Shown here: positions 12,571 through 25,218 of the stretch, piece by piece | Layout: each line of letters begins with the position of its first letter | How positions within the stretch are numbered: the first letter of the stretch is position 1 | Assembly: GCF_009834535.1 (NCBI RefSeq) | Contig: NC_045696.1 | Coordinates: forward strand, 23,934,001-23,998,000 | Direction of reading: 5' to 3' | Source of the DNA: Camelus ferus | Taxonomy: Eukaryota | DNA length: 64,000 nt | Position numbers and translations under genes: made by a program | Notes under the pieces: model-generated | What the model saw: only the letters and a program-made list of their open reading frames with translations | The model's database searches: none | Told to the model about the DNA's origin: nothing

Positions 12571-13394
12571 GGAGTAATACTGATGGGAAGGATGGAGACT
12601 GGGAGTGTTGGCAAATGTGAATAGAGGAGCCATGGTGATCTTTAAAGCCATTCTCAGGAAAGCAGTTACACGGTTTGGTGGTAGATTCCAAATAGGAAAT
12701 TAACAAGAAGTAACTCTCAAGGATGACCCAGATGAGTGTTTGCATCAGACTTAGAAGATCCATTCCATTCACCAAGAAATCTTTGCAAACTTCCTTCCAG
12801 AAAGCATTCATTGAAATCTGCATGACAAATGAGACAGAGCAAAACTGTATGTTAGTTTTAAGGCTGATGTGTTAACTGGTTTATTGGGAGAGAAAGAATA
12901 AATATCTGCTCTGCCTGGCACCTAATAGACCTAAGAACTCAAAATGGGAACACATGATTTGCTAGTATTTTATTTACAGCTTATCAACTTTTGCAGAGTA
13001 GAGTCAGACTCAAAAGAGATCCACCCCTTCTCTAAATGCGGACATGGCTTCTGCAGCAGGAAAGAATTTTCTCCAGCAGGTCAGTTATCACATGATCTGA
13101 AAATTCCTCCTGTGGCTGGCTTCCACCTCTTGTGTGTGTCTGACCCAACTCCTTCCCTTTCATCAATGGTGGTTAATGCACCAATTTTTCATTCATTAGC
13201 AAGAGGCTCACACCCGGTGATCACTGTAAATATGCCACATGGTAGAAGAACATGAGCTAAAGTAAAGCATGGTGTAAGTGGAAAAGTTTGCATGTAAAAT
13301 TATATCTTTTAGCACAACTTTAAAAAAATAAACTGCATCAAGAGAACAGACCTAGAGAGATCATTTAATCCACTCAGATGGCTTCAGCTAGAGT

Positions 13395-14070
13395 ATTGGT
13401 TTTCAACACTGACTACATAGAAGTTATGTGGGGAACTTCTAAATGATATCCATTCCCAGGCCCAGTCCACAGAAATTCTTTTTTTTTTTCAAAAAAATTT
13501 TTCTCCTTGAGATGAGAATTTTTAAGATCTATTATCTTATCAATTTTCAAATAGACAATACTGTGTTAACTATAGCTACCATGCTGCTATACATTACATT
13601 CCCAGTATTTAATTTATTTTATAACTGGAAGTTCGTACAAGGTTCCCTGGTATATAATCGGGCCCCTGATATAAGTCTGTTTTCAAGTTTTCCAGGTGAT
13701 TATAAAGTGAAACCAGGGTTGAGAAAAATTCTTCTGTACCCTGGCCTGGTATTCATTAGGGTCATCTCAGGAGCTTATAAAAGCACCAGTGCCTGGGTTC
13801 AGCCCCCAAAAGATTCTCATGTAAGTGTTTTTGAGTGTAACCCAGGCCTTAGTAGGTTTAAAAGCTCCCTGGGTGATTATTACGTGAAGCTAGTTTGAGA
13901 GTCAACGAGCTGATTGACGTCGGAATCCGTTGGAGAGGTTGTTAACAGAGATTACTGGCTTCCATCCCCACAGACTGATTAAGTGCGAGTGGGGCTAGAG
14001 AATTTGCATGTCTAACAGGCTCACAGGTTAGGTTGCTGCTGGTCTGTAGACCACACTTTGAGAACCACTG
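13395..14070. mobile_element. Three adjacent MER5-family (hAT-Charlie) MITEs
   Basis: MER5 signatures repeat three times: ccaggtgatt...ccagggttgagaa, ctccctgggtgatt...gtttgagag, gaccacactttgagaaccactg. Confidence 0.75.
13479..13638 (-). mobile_element. L1MA9-like 3' fragment inserted in the first MER5
   Basis: Poly-T then ccttgagatgagaatt...ataactggaagtt; similar to sequence at ~39005-39130. Confidence 0.7.
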
Positions 14071-14509
14071 AAGGTAAAATCATTCATGTTTAAAATATCT
14101 CCACGCAGAAGATTACACAGTCTCTTTGTAAATAGGTTCCAGTACTTGAGCCTCGCTTAATACAATCTAACAGGTTTCCGTAGTAATGTTGTGATATATT
14201 CAGGTCTTAGTTAATTGCAGTTGAGAGGCTTAGTATTTGAAGAGATGGTCAGTGAGTACACATTAAGCCTACTAGTTACCAATTAATTCCTTCACTTTCT
14301 ATCCCTTTCCTCAAAAAAAAGTGATAATTTTGTAATTTCAGTTAAGAATCTAAGCAAATAATTGCTAAGAATTCATAATCTGATTTTCTGCTACTAAGGG
14401 TTAAGGTCCACTGATCCACATTAATTCTTTAAAAATTGTATAAACACAAAGGAGTAGGAGGCACTGATAAGACACCATTGTAGATATCATATAATAAAAT
14501 TGAAGTTAA

Positions 14510-14522
14510 GGTCAAGTTGACC
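14510..14522. promoter_or_regulatory. Perfect consensus oestrogen response element motif (GGTCAnnnTGACC)
   Basis: GGTCA-agt-TGACC read directly; function not shown. Confidence 0.55.
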
Positions 14523-16269
14523 CATAGTGTCATCTATGAGAACACCATCTCCTAGCACAAAAGAAAACAAATTGTCACATTTTATTCTTTCTGTGGTTGT
14601 AAAGGGAAGGAGATATTTTAAGAAACAGGATTAACAAAACATTAAAATAACTGGGAGGAAAAGCTGATAATTAAAGATGTGCTGTAATTCAAACCCAGTC
14701 TGAACAACAGCTCTTCTTTTTCGATTCTGCTTCTTTTTAAATTTCAGAAACAACAAGTTCTCCCTGGACCAGTCTTTACCTGTCTACCATCTCCAGCATA
14801 CACAAAGCCAACTTTAAAAAGACTGACTCTAAAAGATGTTTCATTTCTGCTTCCCTTTTTTTTTCCAACCTAGTTCCTCCAGAAAGTGTAAAAGGGCAGC
14901 TGACATCACTTCTACATGGTAGTCCTTAGCCACACCACGGTCATTGGAATGTTTTATTGTAGATTTTCTCAACCATGGTCAACGGTCTCCAAGGAAAACA
15001 AGTCAGAGTGGAGGTAGGAGCATTGCCATAAAATAGTGGGCAAATGGAACTCTTTCCCCAAAAGGCAGACTGTGATCGCTAGGCGAGGGCTGTTTAGTTC
15101 ATGAAAAGTTTAAACTGGAAAAAAAAAAAAAAAAAAAAGGATCTTTTGGAAAAATACAAGAAGCAAATGGCTCTAAATTTTAATTATACCGAAGACCACT
15201 CAGGGGACTAAAATATTGACAGTGAATCAATTGGGAAGAGATTTTTCAAACAGGACAGTGGGATTAATACCATTTATATTAGCACATATATACTAGGAGA
15301 CTTGAAATTTGAAGTCAGGCATTTTGCTAAGCTGGCCTTCTACCTAAAATATATATTACATTTTGTCTGTAAATTGAGGTCAGTTTATTAAGTGAGAGAG
15401 CTCTCTATCCCTAAACACTCTATTTCATCCTTTTGCTTTATTAACCATGGACATCTTACATTGGGTTCTTTTAGAATATGATGAGAGAAATCTTATTTTA
15501 AAAACTCAAAAGACTAAATAACAGGCATCTTAGAAAACACGGAGTAAAATGCAAGGCCTACATTCAGAAGAGAGAGAAGAAATTCTCTTTTTACCCTTAA
15601 GTCTTCCCTCAACTGGCTTTCCCAGTTCTTAAGACCCAGAACATAAGTTATTGTGATGAGTAATTTGGAAGGTATAAAAGACTTTCACAAGCTCTGACTT
15701 GCCTGGGAGCCTAAATCAAGATGGAATACTTTGATGGGTCATGGTATTCTGAGTTTTCAACATCTTATTGACATAAAGACTTTGGATATAGTTCTTCCAT
15801 ACAAAGGACACTAAATGTTCATTCATCGTATGCTCGTTTTTGTTTCTGTTCTCTTATCTGGATTCTTGTGCTATGTTCTCCCATACTTCCACACAGCAGT
15901 TCATGACTTCAACTCCAGACCATTTGATTGATGGATTAAGAAACACTGTAACCACTACTTACTTGACTTTCCACATTTCTTTTGTCTGTTTTCTAGAGAA
16001 AGGGCTCTGGGTATCTGTCTAATCCACCTAATTATTTGCTTAACTGGGTGTGATGAGATAAAATGTGTATGAAATCATTCCCTTAGTAACTATCTACAAA
16101 TTAAGTTTTTAAAAGTAACTATTCTCTTCTCAGTTGCAAAAGTAAGCTAAAAGAGAGCACAATGTTTAGAAATGTATTTAGACAAATATACTCAGAGATA
16201 TTAAGCACTAGGAGGAGGCAATTTCATCACATGAACAAAGCTGACTTAACATGTTTCTTATTTAATTAA

Positions 16270-16410
16270 TTAAAGACTGTGAACTCCTTGATGGAAAGGC
16301 TGCTTTTGAATTCATCTTCATATGCCCTTGAATATCTTGACTCTCTGGAGTAGTGCTGGCATACAACAAGTGCTTAATGTGAATGAATGAATAAAGAAAT
16401 GAGTGAATGG
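16270..16410 (+). mobile_element. L2 3' end
   Basis: gactgtgaactccttgatgg...gtgctggcatacaacaagtgctt...gaatgaatgaat tail. Confidence 0.7.
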
Positions 16411-16439
16411 AAGACTGAATTACTCACATCTTGTTTTTT

Positions 16440-16610
16440 AACAGACTGGAAACAAATAGCTCTGGGTCCAAGACATAATTTTTTTCTTCACTATTTGTGT
16501 GACCATGTACATAATGTAATATATCTAAGTTTTCTCATCAGTTACAGAAGGTTGCTGATGTTGTTATGAGGTTAAAAGAACACGATGCCTGGAAAAGTGA
16601 CGGTGTTAAA
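16440..16610 (+). mobile_element. MIR fragment
   Basis: tgtgtgacc...tttctcatcagt decayed MIR core. Confidence 0.5.
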
Positions 16611-18075
16611 AACCAAGTAGACTATTAGCTTATAGGCATTACTTTATGTAATAATTGAATTGGCCATGAGAAAAAAGTTAGAATCTATAGGTAGTTACAC
16701 AAAAAATGAGTCAAAGAAGTTAACACCAAGACAAATTTACCAGCTGAACATAATTGTGATCAGCCTGAAGATTTTGAAAAACTGTAAGTAGAGAAGACCA
16801 AATTCATTGCAAACCATCATTGTGGCATCATGTCCTCCACTATGTGAAACAGACACATTTTTCTTGCTGTCCTGACAACTTTGATAGTGGTAATTTGTAA
16901 AGATATAAATTATTATTCAAAGAAAGGTCAAAAATAATCTATTCCAGCTGTGGTTTGAGAAAGCTAATTTGAATTTAAAAGTAAAGTCCCTTCTCATGTC
17001 TCTCTTGCCATACAAGATGTTTCCTACAGCTGACTCCTAACAGATACGATTGCATGGCATCAACAAAGCACTCCAGAGAAATGTGCAAAGGGGAAAAAAA
17101 TCTACCAATAGTTTGAAGAGGAATCATTGATTAACTCATCAGAAAAACAAAGCATGGCCCAGGCCCAAACAAAGGTTGGCCTTCTTCCAACATGGAACCC
17201 AAGCTCCTTTCTCTGCTCTGCTGCTCATCCAACCATGGCAGTCACCTTTGGGTTTTGGTTAACACACTGTTTTGTTGTTTTCTCAGTCCTCTAGAGTTCA
17301 CTGAAGATTACAATCTGCTCGAGAAAAGTCATCCTTCTGCTTTACTCATGGTTTCCATTCTCTTCCCATTTTATCATTCAAGCTTTTGGGAAACTAAGAG
17401 AACTCTCAACCTCAGATTGTTGTTACTTTTAGGTTATTTTGGTGAGATAGGAATTTTCAGTTACATGATTGATTTTCCTCAAATTGTTTCTTGACATGGA
17501 AAGAATCTTAGTGCAGATTACATGAAATGAACATGTTTATTTGGCTAACTCCCAAATATTCTGGTTAAATTAGCTTCCTTTGGGGCTTATTATATGTCTA
17601 TATTTTCTGCCAAACGTTCAGAACACTTTTTTGAAAGAATTAAATGGAAGATCGGTTACTTGGTAAAGTACTATTATTATTAAAAGACGTGAGAATGAAA
17701 TTATATATCCTACAGAAAAACAGCCAATACATTTGAATATGAGATGAAACATGGCGAAGTTAATTTTACTGATTTCATGGAATTACGATGTGATAAGTTT
17801 CCAAATATCTGTGTGTTATGCAATTTATGGATCAATTTCTCATTCCTAGAATTATTATGTGTATTCCTGAAGAAATGTTAATGTCATGCTCTGTTATTTG
17901 ATCATTGATATTTCATCTTGAAACAAGTATACATAAAAGAAAGTTAAAGAAATACTTAGATTTTTCTGTTTCTTTTAGTCTCTTCCTTCTAAAATAAAAT
18001 TCACCAAGATCTTAAATAAGGCCATAAAATGTCTTACTATTTCAAATAATTTATACCATATAGAGAATACTTTTC

Positions 18076-18322
18076 TTTTTTTTTTTTTAACATTTTTTAT
18101 TGATTTATAATCATTTTACAATGTTGTGTCGAATTCCAGTGTTCAGCACAATTTTTCAGTTATTCATGGACATATACACACTCATTGTCACATTTTTTTC
18201 TCTGTGAGTTATCATAGCATTTTGTGTATATTTCCCTTGCTATACAGTGTAGTCTGTTCTACAATTTTGAAATCCCAGTCTATCCCTTCCCACCCTCCAC
18301 CCCCCTGGTAACCACAAGTCTG
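18076..18322 (-). mobile_element. Young 5'-truncated L1 3' end with perfect 15-bp TSD
   Basis: tagagaatacttttc at 18061-18075 and 18323-18337; intact poly-T. Confidence 0.93.
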
Positions 18323-18339
18323 TAGAGAATACTTTTCAA

Positions 18340-19645
18340 TTACAACAAAAATCAAACTAGAAATCTGGGTAAAGATGCTATCTGGAAAATCCTCAAATAT
18401 TAAGGAGGCCTAAAAACTCACCATTACATAAGCCATGAGTCATAGAAGAAATCAAGATTGTACTATAAAAAAGAAGTTGAATATGAATGAAAAGAAAACA
18501 TTTCAAGTTTTAAGAGTGTTTTAAACTCTAAAGTGTTTCTTGGAGTTTTTTGCCAAAACTTCTAGAATAAACATAGTATAAAATCTTTATATCATTAGGT
18601 AAGCAAAAATTCTTTGGACACAAACATGAATCTTAAAAGAAAAAAATATGATAAATAAGACTTCATCAAAATTAAAAACTTTTGGTCTTTGAAAAATACC
18701 ATTTAGAAATTAAAAGGGAAATCACAGATGTATTAACAATACATATTTCTGACAAATAATTTATATCCAGAATATTCAAGAACTCTTATAACTCAGTAAG
18801 ACAGATTTTTAAACTAAGCAGAAGATTTGAACTGAAAACTAATAAAAGAAAATATATAAATGGCTGATAAGCACATGAAAAGATGCTTATATCTTTAGTC
18901 TTCAGGGAAATGCAAATTAAAAGCAACGGTAAAATACCACTGCACATCTGATAGGAGAGCTATAATTGAGGTAATGGACTGTGCCAAACGTTGCCAAGGA
19001 TATGGGGCAACTGAAACTTTTATCATTGTTTTGGAAAAGTAAAATTTTACAATCACTTTGTAAAACAATTTGGCAGTTGTTCTTTTTTTTTTTTTTTTTT
19101 TTAATAAAATTAAACATCCATTATGATGCAACTCTGTAATTCCACTCCTAAGTATTTATCCAAGAGAAAGAAAAGCAGACGTCCACATAAAGACTTATGA
19201 TAAATGTTCATAATAACTGTGTTTATAGTAGTAAGCAACTAAAAACAAAAAGTCTATTAAGAAGTGACTAGTAAACACATTGTAGTATATCCATACAATG
19301 AACTACCTTTCAGAGTCAAAAGACAATGAATCTCTGATATGCGCCACAATATAAATGAGTCTGAAAAACATTCTGAGTAAAAAGAAGCATACATAAAGTA
19401 ATACATACTGTATGGATCTATTTTATGAAGTTATGCAAAATGGAAACCAATTTATAATGATGGAGAGCATGCTGGTGATTGTCTAGGACCAAGATAGAGG
19501 TGTAGACGTGAGTTCCAAGAAACATGAGGGAACTTTTTTCCTTGATGGTGTTTGCTTCAGTGTATATGTTTCTCAAAATCCATTGAACTGTTCACTTTTT
19601 TAAAAGGGCTGCATTTTCTTGTAAGCAAATTATGCCTTAATAACA
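18340..19645 (+). mobile_element. Ancient L1ME ORF2 end plus 3'UTR
   Basis: gacttcatcaaaattaaaaactt, gggaaatgcaaattaaa, ccactcctaagtatttatccaagagaa. Confidence 0.85.
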
Positions 19646-19654
19646 TTATTAAGA

Positions 19655-19683
19655 AACAACAACAACAACAACAACAACAACAA
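19655..19683 (+). repeat. (CAA)n microsatellite
   Basis: Imperfect aacaacaac run. Confidence 0.9.
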
Positions 19684-20834
19684 AAAACCCCACCAAGGCT
19701 GGCTTTGTATTGATGGACTAACATATGGAATTTTTCCCTCTTGCTTTACACTTGTTCCACACATTCTCTATTTTTTTTTAAATGTGCAACTATTTCTTCT
19801 ATAACAGAAAAGCATTAACACTCTTTAAATCTTTCATACAAATTTCCATATAGATTTACTCTATTGCATTTCATCCTGCCTGTGATGTCTCTGCTTTTCT
19901 AAAAAAAAATTGGAGAGCTAAAAGAGCATGAGAGAGGATATCTAACATATTTTCCGTCTCCAGACCAGATCATTTTAAAGTGAAAAAAATCCTTCACACA
20001 TCAGGTCCTCTACATGTTTTATTTGCTGGAGAATTATATGGGCTGAAGAGCCGGCAGAACGATCATTTATGATCACTCACTGCCTCGTCCTGACCTCTCC
20101 CGTAGTACAAGTTCAGCTTCTTTGGAACAGAAGGGATAGTGTTTCTTTCAGCATTTCCACAGGGAACTGCCGACCTCTCAGTGTTCTCTCTGCTCCTCTG
20201 GTCTTAAGGACACTTTAGCAAAGTTAATATTGGAGACTCCCAACTTTTGCAGGCAGTCTGATTAAGCAGGTTGTTGAAATGGTACTAGGGTAATTTTGTG
20301 CACGTTAATTAAAAATAAATAAATAAATAAAAAGGAATACCTAAGCACAAGGCCATGTTGTCCTCCACTGCTTAGTAAATGTAATTAAATTGGCCTGTTC
20401 CTGGGAGAGGTTTTCTGCTTGAGATTGGCTAGTGAGTACAGGTAACGTTTACAAAACTCTGTTTGAATAGGTGTTCAATTAGGTTTTCCAATTTAGGCTG
20501 CGCTGAGCTGATAGACATTTTTGAGTGATTTTGTGCATTTTGATTTTCAATTTTCTGGGTCATGTTATGAAGTACTATGGAGGCCAAAAGAACAAACTTG
20601 CTGAATGAGTGAAACCAAAGAGAAAACAAAGCATTCCTAATAGATTGAAAGAAGCCAAAGAAAATATTCACACATTTCTTCTTCATTGATCTCTTAGTGA
20701 CAATTCTTATTGTTGTTATCCATTCACTTTTATGTGCTCTGTTATTTATCCCTTCATTACTGTATTTGTTCATTTATTCACAAATGTTTACTGAGTGTAT
20801 ACTAAGTTTCCAGGCCTTGATGTTACTGAAATAG

Positions 20835-21595
20835 CAATAACAGTTACTATTTTCTGAACATCTTTTAAAAAAAAAATTTTGTAATTGAAGTACACTCAGT
20901 TATGATGTGCCAATTTCTGGTGTACAGAACAATGTCCCAGTCATGCATATACATACATATATTTGTTTTTGTATTTTTTCATTAAAGGTTATTATAAGAT
21001 ATTGAACATAGTTCCTTGTGCTATATAGAAGAAACTTTCTAAAATCTATTTTTATATATGGTGGCTAACATTTGTAAATCTCAAACTCCCAAATTTATCT
21101 CTTCCCACTCCCTTTCCCTGGTAACTATAAGATTGTTTACTATGTTTGTGAGTCTTTTTCTTTTTTGTAGATGAGTTCATAGTGTCCTTTTTTTCTTTTT
21201 CTTTTTCTTTTAGATTCTACATATAAATAATATTATATAGTATTTTTCTTTCTCTTTCTGGCTTACTTCACTTAGAATGACAATCTCTAGGTCCATCCAT
21301 GTTGCTGCAAATGGCATTATTTTATTCTGTTTTATGGCTGAGTAGTATTCCATTGAATAAATATACCATAGCTTTTTTATACAGTCATCTGTCGATGGAC
21401 ATTTAGGTTGCTTCCATGTCCATTTTCTGAACATCTTAAAGTTTGTGGGATTGTACACACATTATTGCTAATCTTCAACCATGTCTGGAAATGAGGTGCA
21501 ATTATATCTATTTTCTAGATGGAGAAAATGAGACTGGGCCAGGTTTTGAACTCAAATATCATTGATTCATCTCACTAAACCACTCTGCCTCCCAA
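20835..21595 (-). mobile_element. MIR split by the L1 insertion
   Basis: attatatctattttctagatggagaaaatgagact continues a MIR that starts before the L1. Confidence 0.55.
20865..21421 (-). mobile_element. L1 3' end (ORF2 C-terminus plus 3'UTR) with perfect 16-bp TSD
   Basis: attttctgaacatctt at 20849-20864 and 21422-21437; ORF track peptide KQPKCPSTDD...MEYYSAIK...PFAATWMDLEIVILSEVSQ is the L1 ORF2 C-terminus. Confidence 0.95.
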
Positions 21596-22899
21596 ATCAT
21601 ATTTTAAAGGCAAACTAAAAAGGTCTGTCAATGATAAAGACAGTATATAACAAGCTGGAAGACTAGAGATCTAGGAAATAGGAATTCCAGTCTTGGCCCT
21701 GACAAACTAGACCTATGGTCTTGGAGAGACACTTTACCTATAGCAGATTTATGTATGAATCCTCTATAAAGAAAGATGCATCAATGATTTTTATGGTCCC
21801 TTTCCTTCTGATTTTCAACATTACTAATTGTTTCATTTCTGCTTTGGAAGTTGTAAACAGTTGACTTAAAAGTTTGATTTTCAGAGATTTTATAATTTTC
21901 TAAATTATTATTTTGCTTTCTTTCTTTCTTTTTTTTTCTCCTCCTTTCTAACTAGCTCATCAAGTTCCAAAATGAAAAAGAGAGGTATTGGATACCTAAC
22001 TTGGGGGGAAGTCAGATGTTAAAAACACTCAACTGATTCCAAAAACTTCAAGCGACTTGTAAGACGGATGGCTCTTCAGCTCCAGTTTCTAACTTTCCAT
22101 TTGGCATTAGTCCTCGAACATGACAATATAATGATGTTCTCAATTCTGGTGATTTTTAAATATTTTAATCTTAATTAAAGCATAAAGAAAAAGTTGTGTT
22201 CACTGAACTGGAACTCCCGCCAAGTGTGAGAAAACTATATCTCAGCTGTATGTACTGTTACACAGTGTTCTTGGAACTTCTCATATGTCATTCTGTCTGT
22301 TCATGTGCAATCTGATAACTAACTACAATTGGAAAATGAAATATTTATATGTGCTACCACATAGTCAGTCCATATGTGCAAAGTATTGCAAGTTCCTCAG
22401 TAACATTTAGCATCACTCACTGTTATGTTAGTTTCCTGAAATAGACCTTATGGTGTCTTATGAATTATGCCCTTAAAGCATGCAATTTCCTTGTTTTGTG
22501 TGTTTATAGTAGAGCTCAAGTCAGCCTTGGTGAAGTGACCAGTTTGTTCTCTAACAAAATTCAGCACCACCAACACGGAGTTCTCCTTCCTTTCCTCTGT
22601 GTGACTCATGGGCTTAACTTACAAGCTACATGGTGTCCCAGACAACAGTGTTCATCCATGTGGGCTAGCTGGTTACTATTTTATTTATAAGAATTCCAGT
22701 CATTGTTGGAGCATAACTGATTGAGAGCACACACCGAGAGCCTCATAAAGGACTTTTAAACCTTCAACAGATACACCCTTTCTCTATAACCAGCCCATGA
22801 ACAGTAAGAAAGAGCTTGTTGACTTAAAAATTTCTTGAAATTGCAAATCCATAAAGATAAGGAAAGCAAGTCTCTGATTCACTTCTGAATTAAATCAAG

Positions 22900-23286
22900 G
22901 GATGTAGGGTAGCTGCCCTCAATAAAATATTGGTATGTAGGTCCCCAGCCCCTCTTGATCACATTACATTGAATAATGGAGACCAGGAGAAGGAAGTGAG
23001 GGTCTACCTGTAAGCTTAGGTTTGCGTGGGACCTTATTTACCAGAATAGTTCAAGCTTTCCCAATTAAGTCACAACACAAGATAGAGAAAGAGAGAGAGA
23101 GAGAAGACAGAGATGGGGGAGGATGAAGAAGAAGATGAGATGGCAGATGTGTCCCTGGCTGGGTTCTGGTACTTGCACTACTGAGCTAATGATACAGCCA
23201 ATCCAAGTTGCTGAAGCCAGATGATCAGAGAAATGTCCTGTTTGTTAGAGGAGTATAAGTAATAAGAATACCTCTAACTAAACACA
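22900..23286. mobile_element. Possible old ERVL-type LTR (LTR16-like)
   Basis: End aagaatacctctaactaaacaca resembles ERVL LTR termini; weak. Confidence 0.3.
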
Positions 23287-24464
23287 GCTAATATCTAGTT
23301 CCAGGGGATATTGATGCCATTAATTTATGACCTCTGTGTTGTTTCAGAATATAAACCTTGTTAATAATGTAAAGTCTCTTGAAATGTACAATTCCACAGC
23401 TCTTAAGAACAACCTTGAGAAGAAGTTACTTCATAGTACAATGACGGCCTCGTGTCACCGGAGTTTGAAGCTGGGAGGGCTGCATTCTTTCCCGTCCTTT
23501 TATATCATAATAGATTTGTGGTGGGATGGTTTAAGAGGCTCCTGCTGTCTCACACTGTTTCCTTCAAGTGCTGACCATGAACTGGGCTCAGAGACGATTT
23601 GGACACTTAACATTTTCAAGGACAAATATTTCTCCCAATGTCATAGAGAGTGAAAGAAAGGAAGAAAAGATGATTTTTTTCACCCTGCTTTACCCCTACC
23701 AAGCCGAAGCCAAACTTAGAGACACGAAAAAGACTGAAAACTGGAGATTCCAACACGGAACTAGCGGTGCCTAATTGTATGCTGTAGAAATTAATGGCAT
23801 AAATGCTTACAAAGGAATAAAAATATGCAGTGTTATTTAAGCAATGGTTTAAACAAATATAGCTTATTTTCAGTTAAAAGTGCTAACGTGGCCACTCACA
23901 GCCAAATCTCTTTGCAGGGCCTGTCGGCCACACTGTTTTCCCCACTGTGACAGATTGGATTTAATTGAAAAGTTGCTAGTTTAGAGCTGTCACTAAAAAC
24001 TTGCATGGTGAAATAGAATCGGCCCGGTGATTGTCCCTCAGTCTATTTTTACATAGCCTCTTTATCCTGGTCATCATTTTTTAAGAAACTAATATAAGTA
24101 TTTCCTGTAGCCATCAAAAAAATGTTTAACCAGGGGGAATACTTTCTTCTGCTTGAAAAAGTTCAAAATCTCAAAGATGGTTGCTGTTCCTGATTCTTGG
24201 TTTTTGCCGTCCATGAACTTTGTGTGCCCTATTTATGACATGGGATGGTTTTTAAAGAGCTATTTGAAACCCAGTTAGCATGCCCTCAGAAGGAGGTACA
24301 CTGAGCGAACTGAAATAAATATTCTCTGGGAGAATGAGAGAGTTGAAAATAAGGTGAAAGGTAGGAAATTAAAGCATCAATGAGTCTAATTGTCCCGATT
24401 GGGAATTCTCATTGCCATAATTATTTAAATCATTTTCCTCAAATTTCCATTTCCATGCATAGGA

Positions 24465-24800
24465 CTATTAAAAGATAAACAGGCATATTTTTTGAATGTA
24501 AGGTTTTATTTAAGCAAAAATTGATTTGAATAGGCAGCATCCAACCCAGCAGATTAAAAAGGAGCTCTGTACAAAATGAGAGGCTTCTACAGGCAGAAGG
24601 AAGCAGGAACAAAAGAGTTACACTAGGCAAAAAAGCAGGTTGATCATTGCAAAGTTACTTTCCTTTAGAGAAGGCAGGGTTCTATCAGGCAGTCTATTAG
24701 GATTCCATGTCCTAGGAGAGCTGAAGCCATAATTTAGTTAAGTTTTGATGTGGTGATGTGGGGCTTAGCATAAGCAACTCCATGTTGTCTTGTTTTTAAA
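24465..24800 (-). mobile_element. ERV1-type LTR remnant
   Basis: ttaaaagataaacaggcatat...tttatttaagcaaaaattgatttgaataggcagcatccaa matches a laurasiatherian LTR pattern I recall. Confidence 0.65.
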
Positions 24801-25047
24801 ACTACTATATGTGGCTTTGTGTATCTTCAGTGACAAAACTGGTCTTAATACATTTTCATCTAATGGCTGAAATTCCTCGACAGAATTTATCAGATCTCTG
24901 TGTTTAGGGCAACACTGTACCCAAACTTTGTGAGACTTTTCAAGGGAGATAGAAGGCCTGGTTGCTATCCAAAAGTAATAACTTGGCTAGATTTTAGGAA
25001 GTATCATGAGTAATTATTATGGTGACTGAGGTCCTCAGGAGCCCAAC

Positions 25048-25218
25048 ACCTTGCTACTCAAACTTTGCTCCATGAACCAATATCACCAGCATTATCTGGG
25101 GGCTTACTGAAAATGCAGATCACCAGGCACCTCCCCAGACTTACCTAGTCACACTCTGCAGTTGAATGAGACCATTTACTCCCTGTGATCTGTAGGCTGT
25201 TTAAACTCCAGAAGCACC
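25048..25218. mobile_element. MER5-family MITE
   Basis: tgctactcaaa...cagcattatctgggg...aaaatgcagat...ccccagactta. Confidence 0.7.

Noticed and set aside
12773..12817. DFNEC peptide resembling the start of a calcium-binding EGF exon
   Set aside because: The following cysteines of an EGF module are absent
13443..13898. 151-aa ORF
   Set aside because: Runs through MER5 and L1 fragments and a poly-T tract; not a gene
15119..15138. Poly-A of 20 nt as a retrocopy tail
   Set aside because: No upstream polyA signal, TSD or recognisable source transcript
15652..15698. TGATGA...CTGA pair suggesting a C/D snoRNA
   Set aside because: Only ~45 nt between the boxes, too short for a typical C/D snoRNA
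21210..21458. 82-aa ORF as a host gene
   Set aside because: It is the L1 ORF2 C-terminus of a truncated insertion
21956..21984. Possible 29-nt micro-exon after a long pyrimidine tract
   Set aside because: Tract is a simple (CTTT)/T repeat, donor gtattg is weak, length is not frame-preserving
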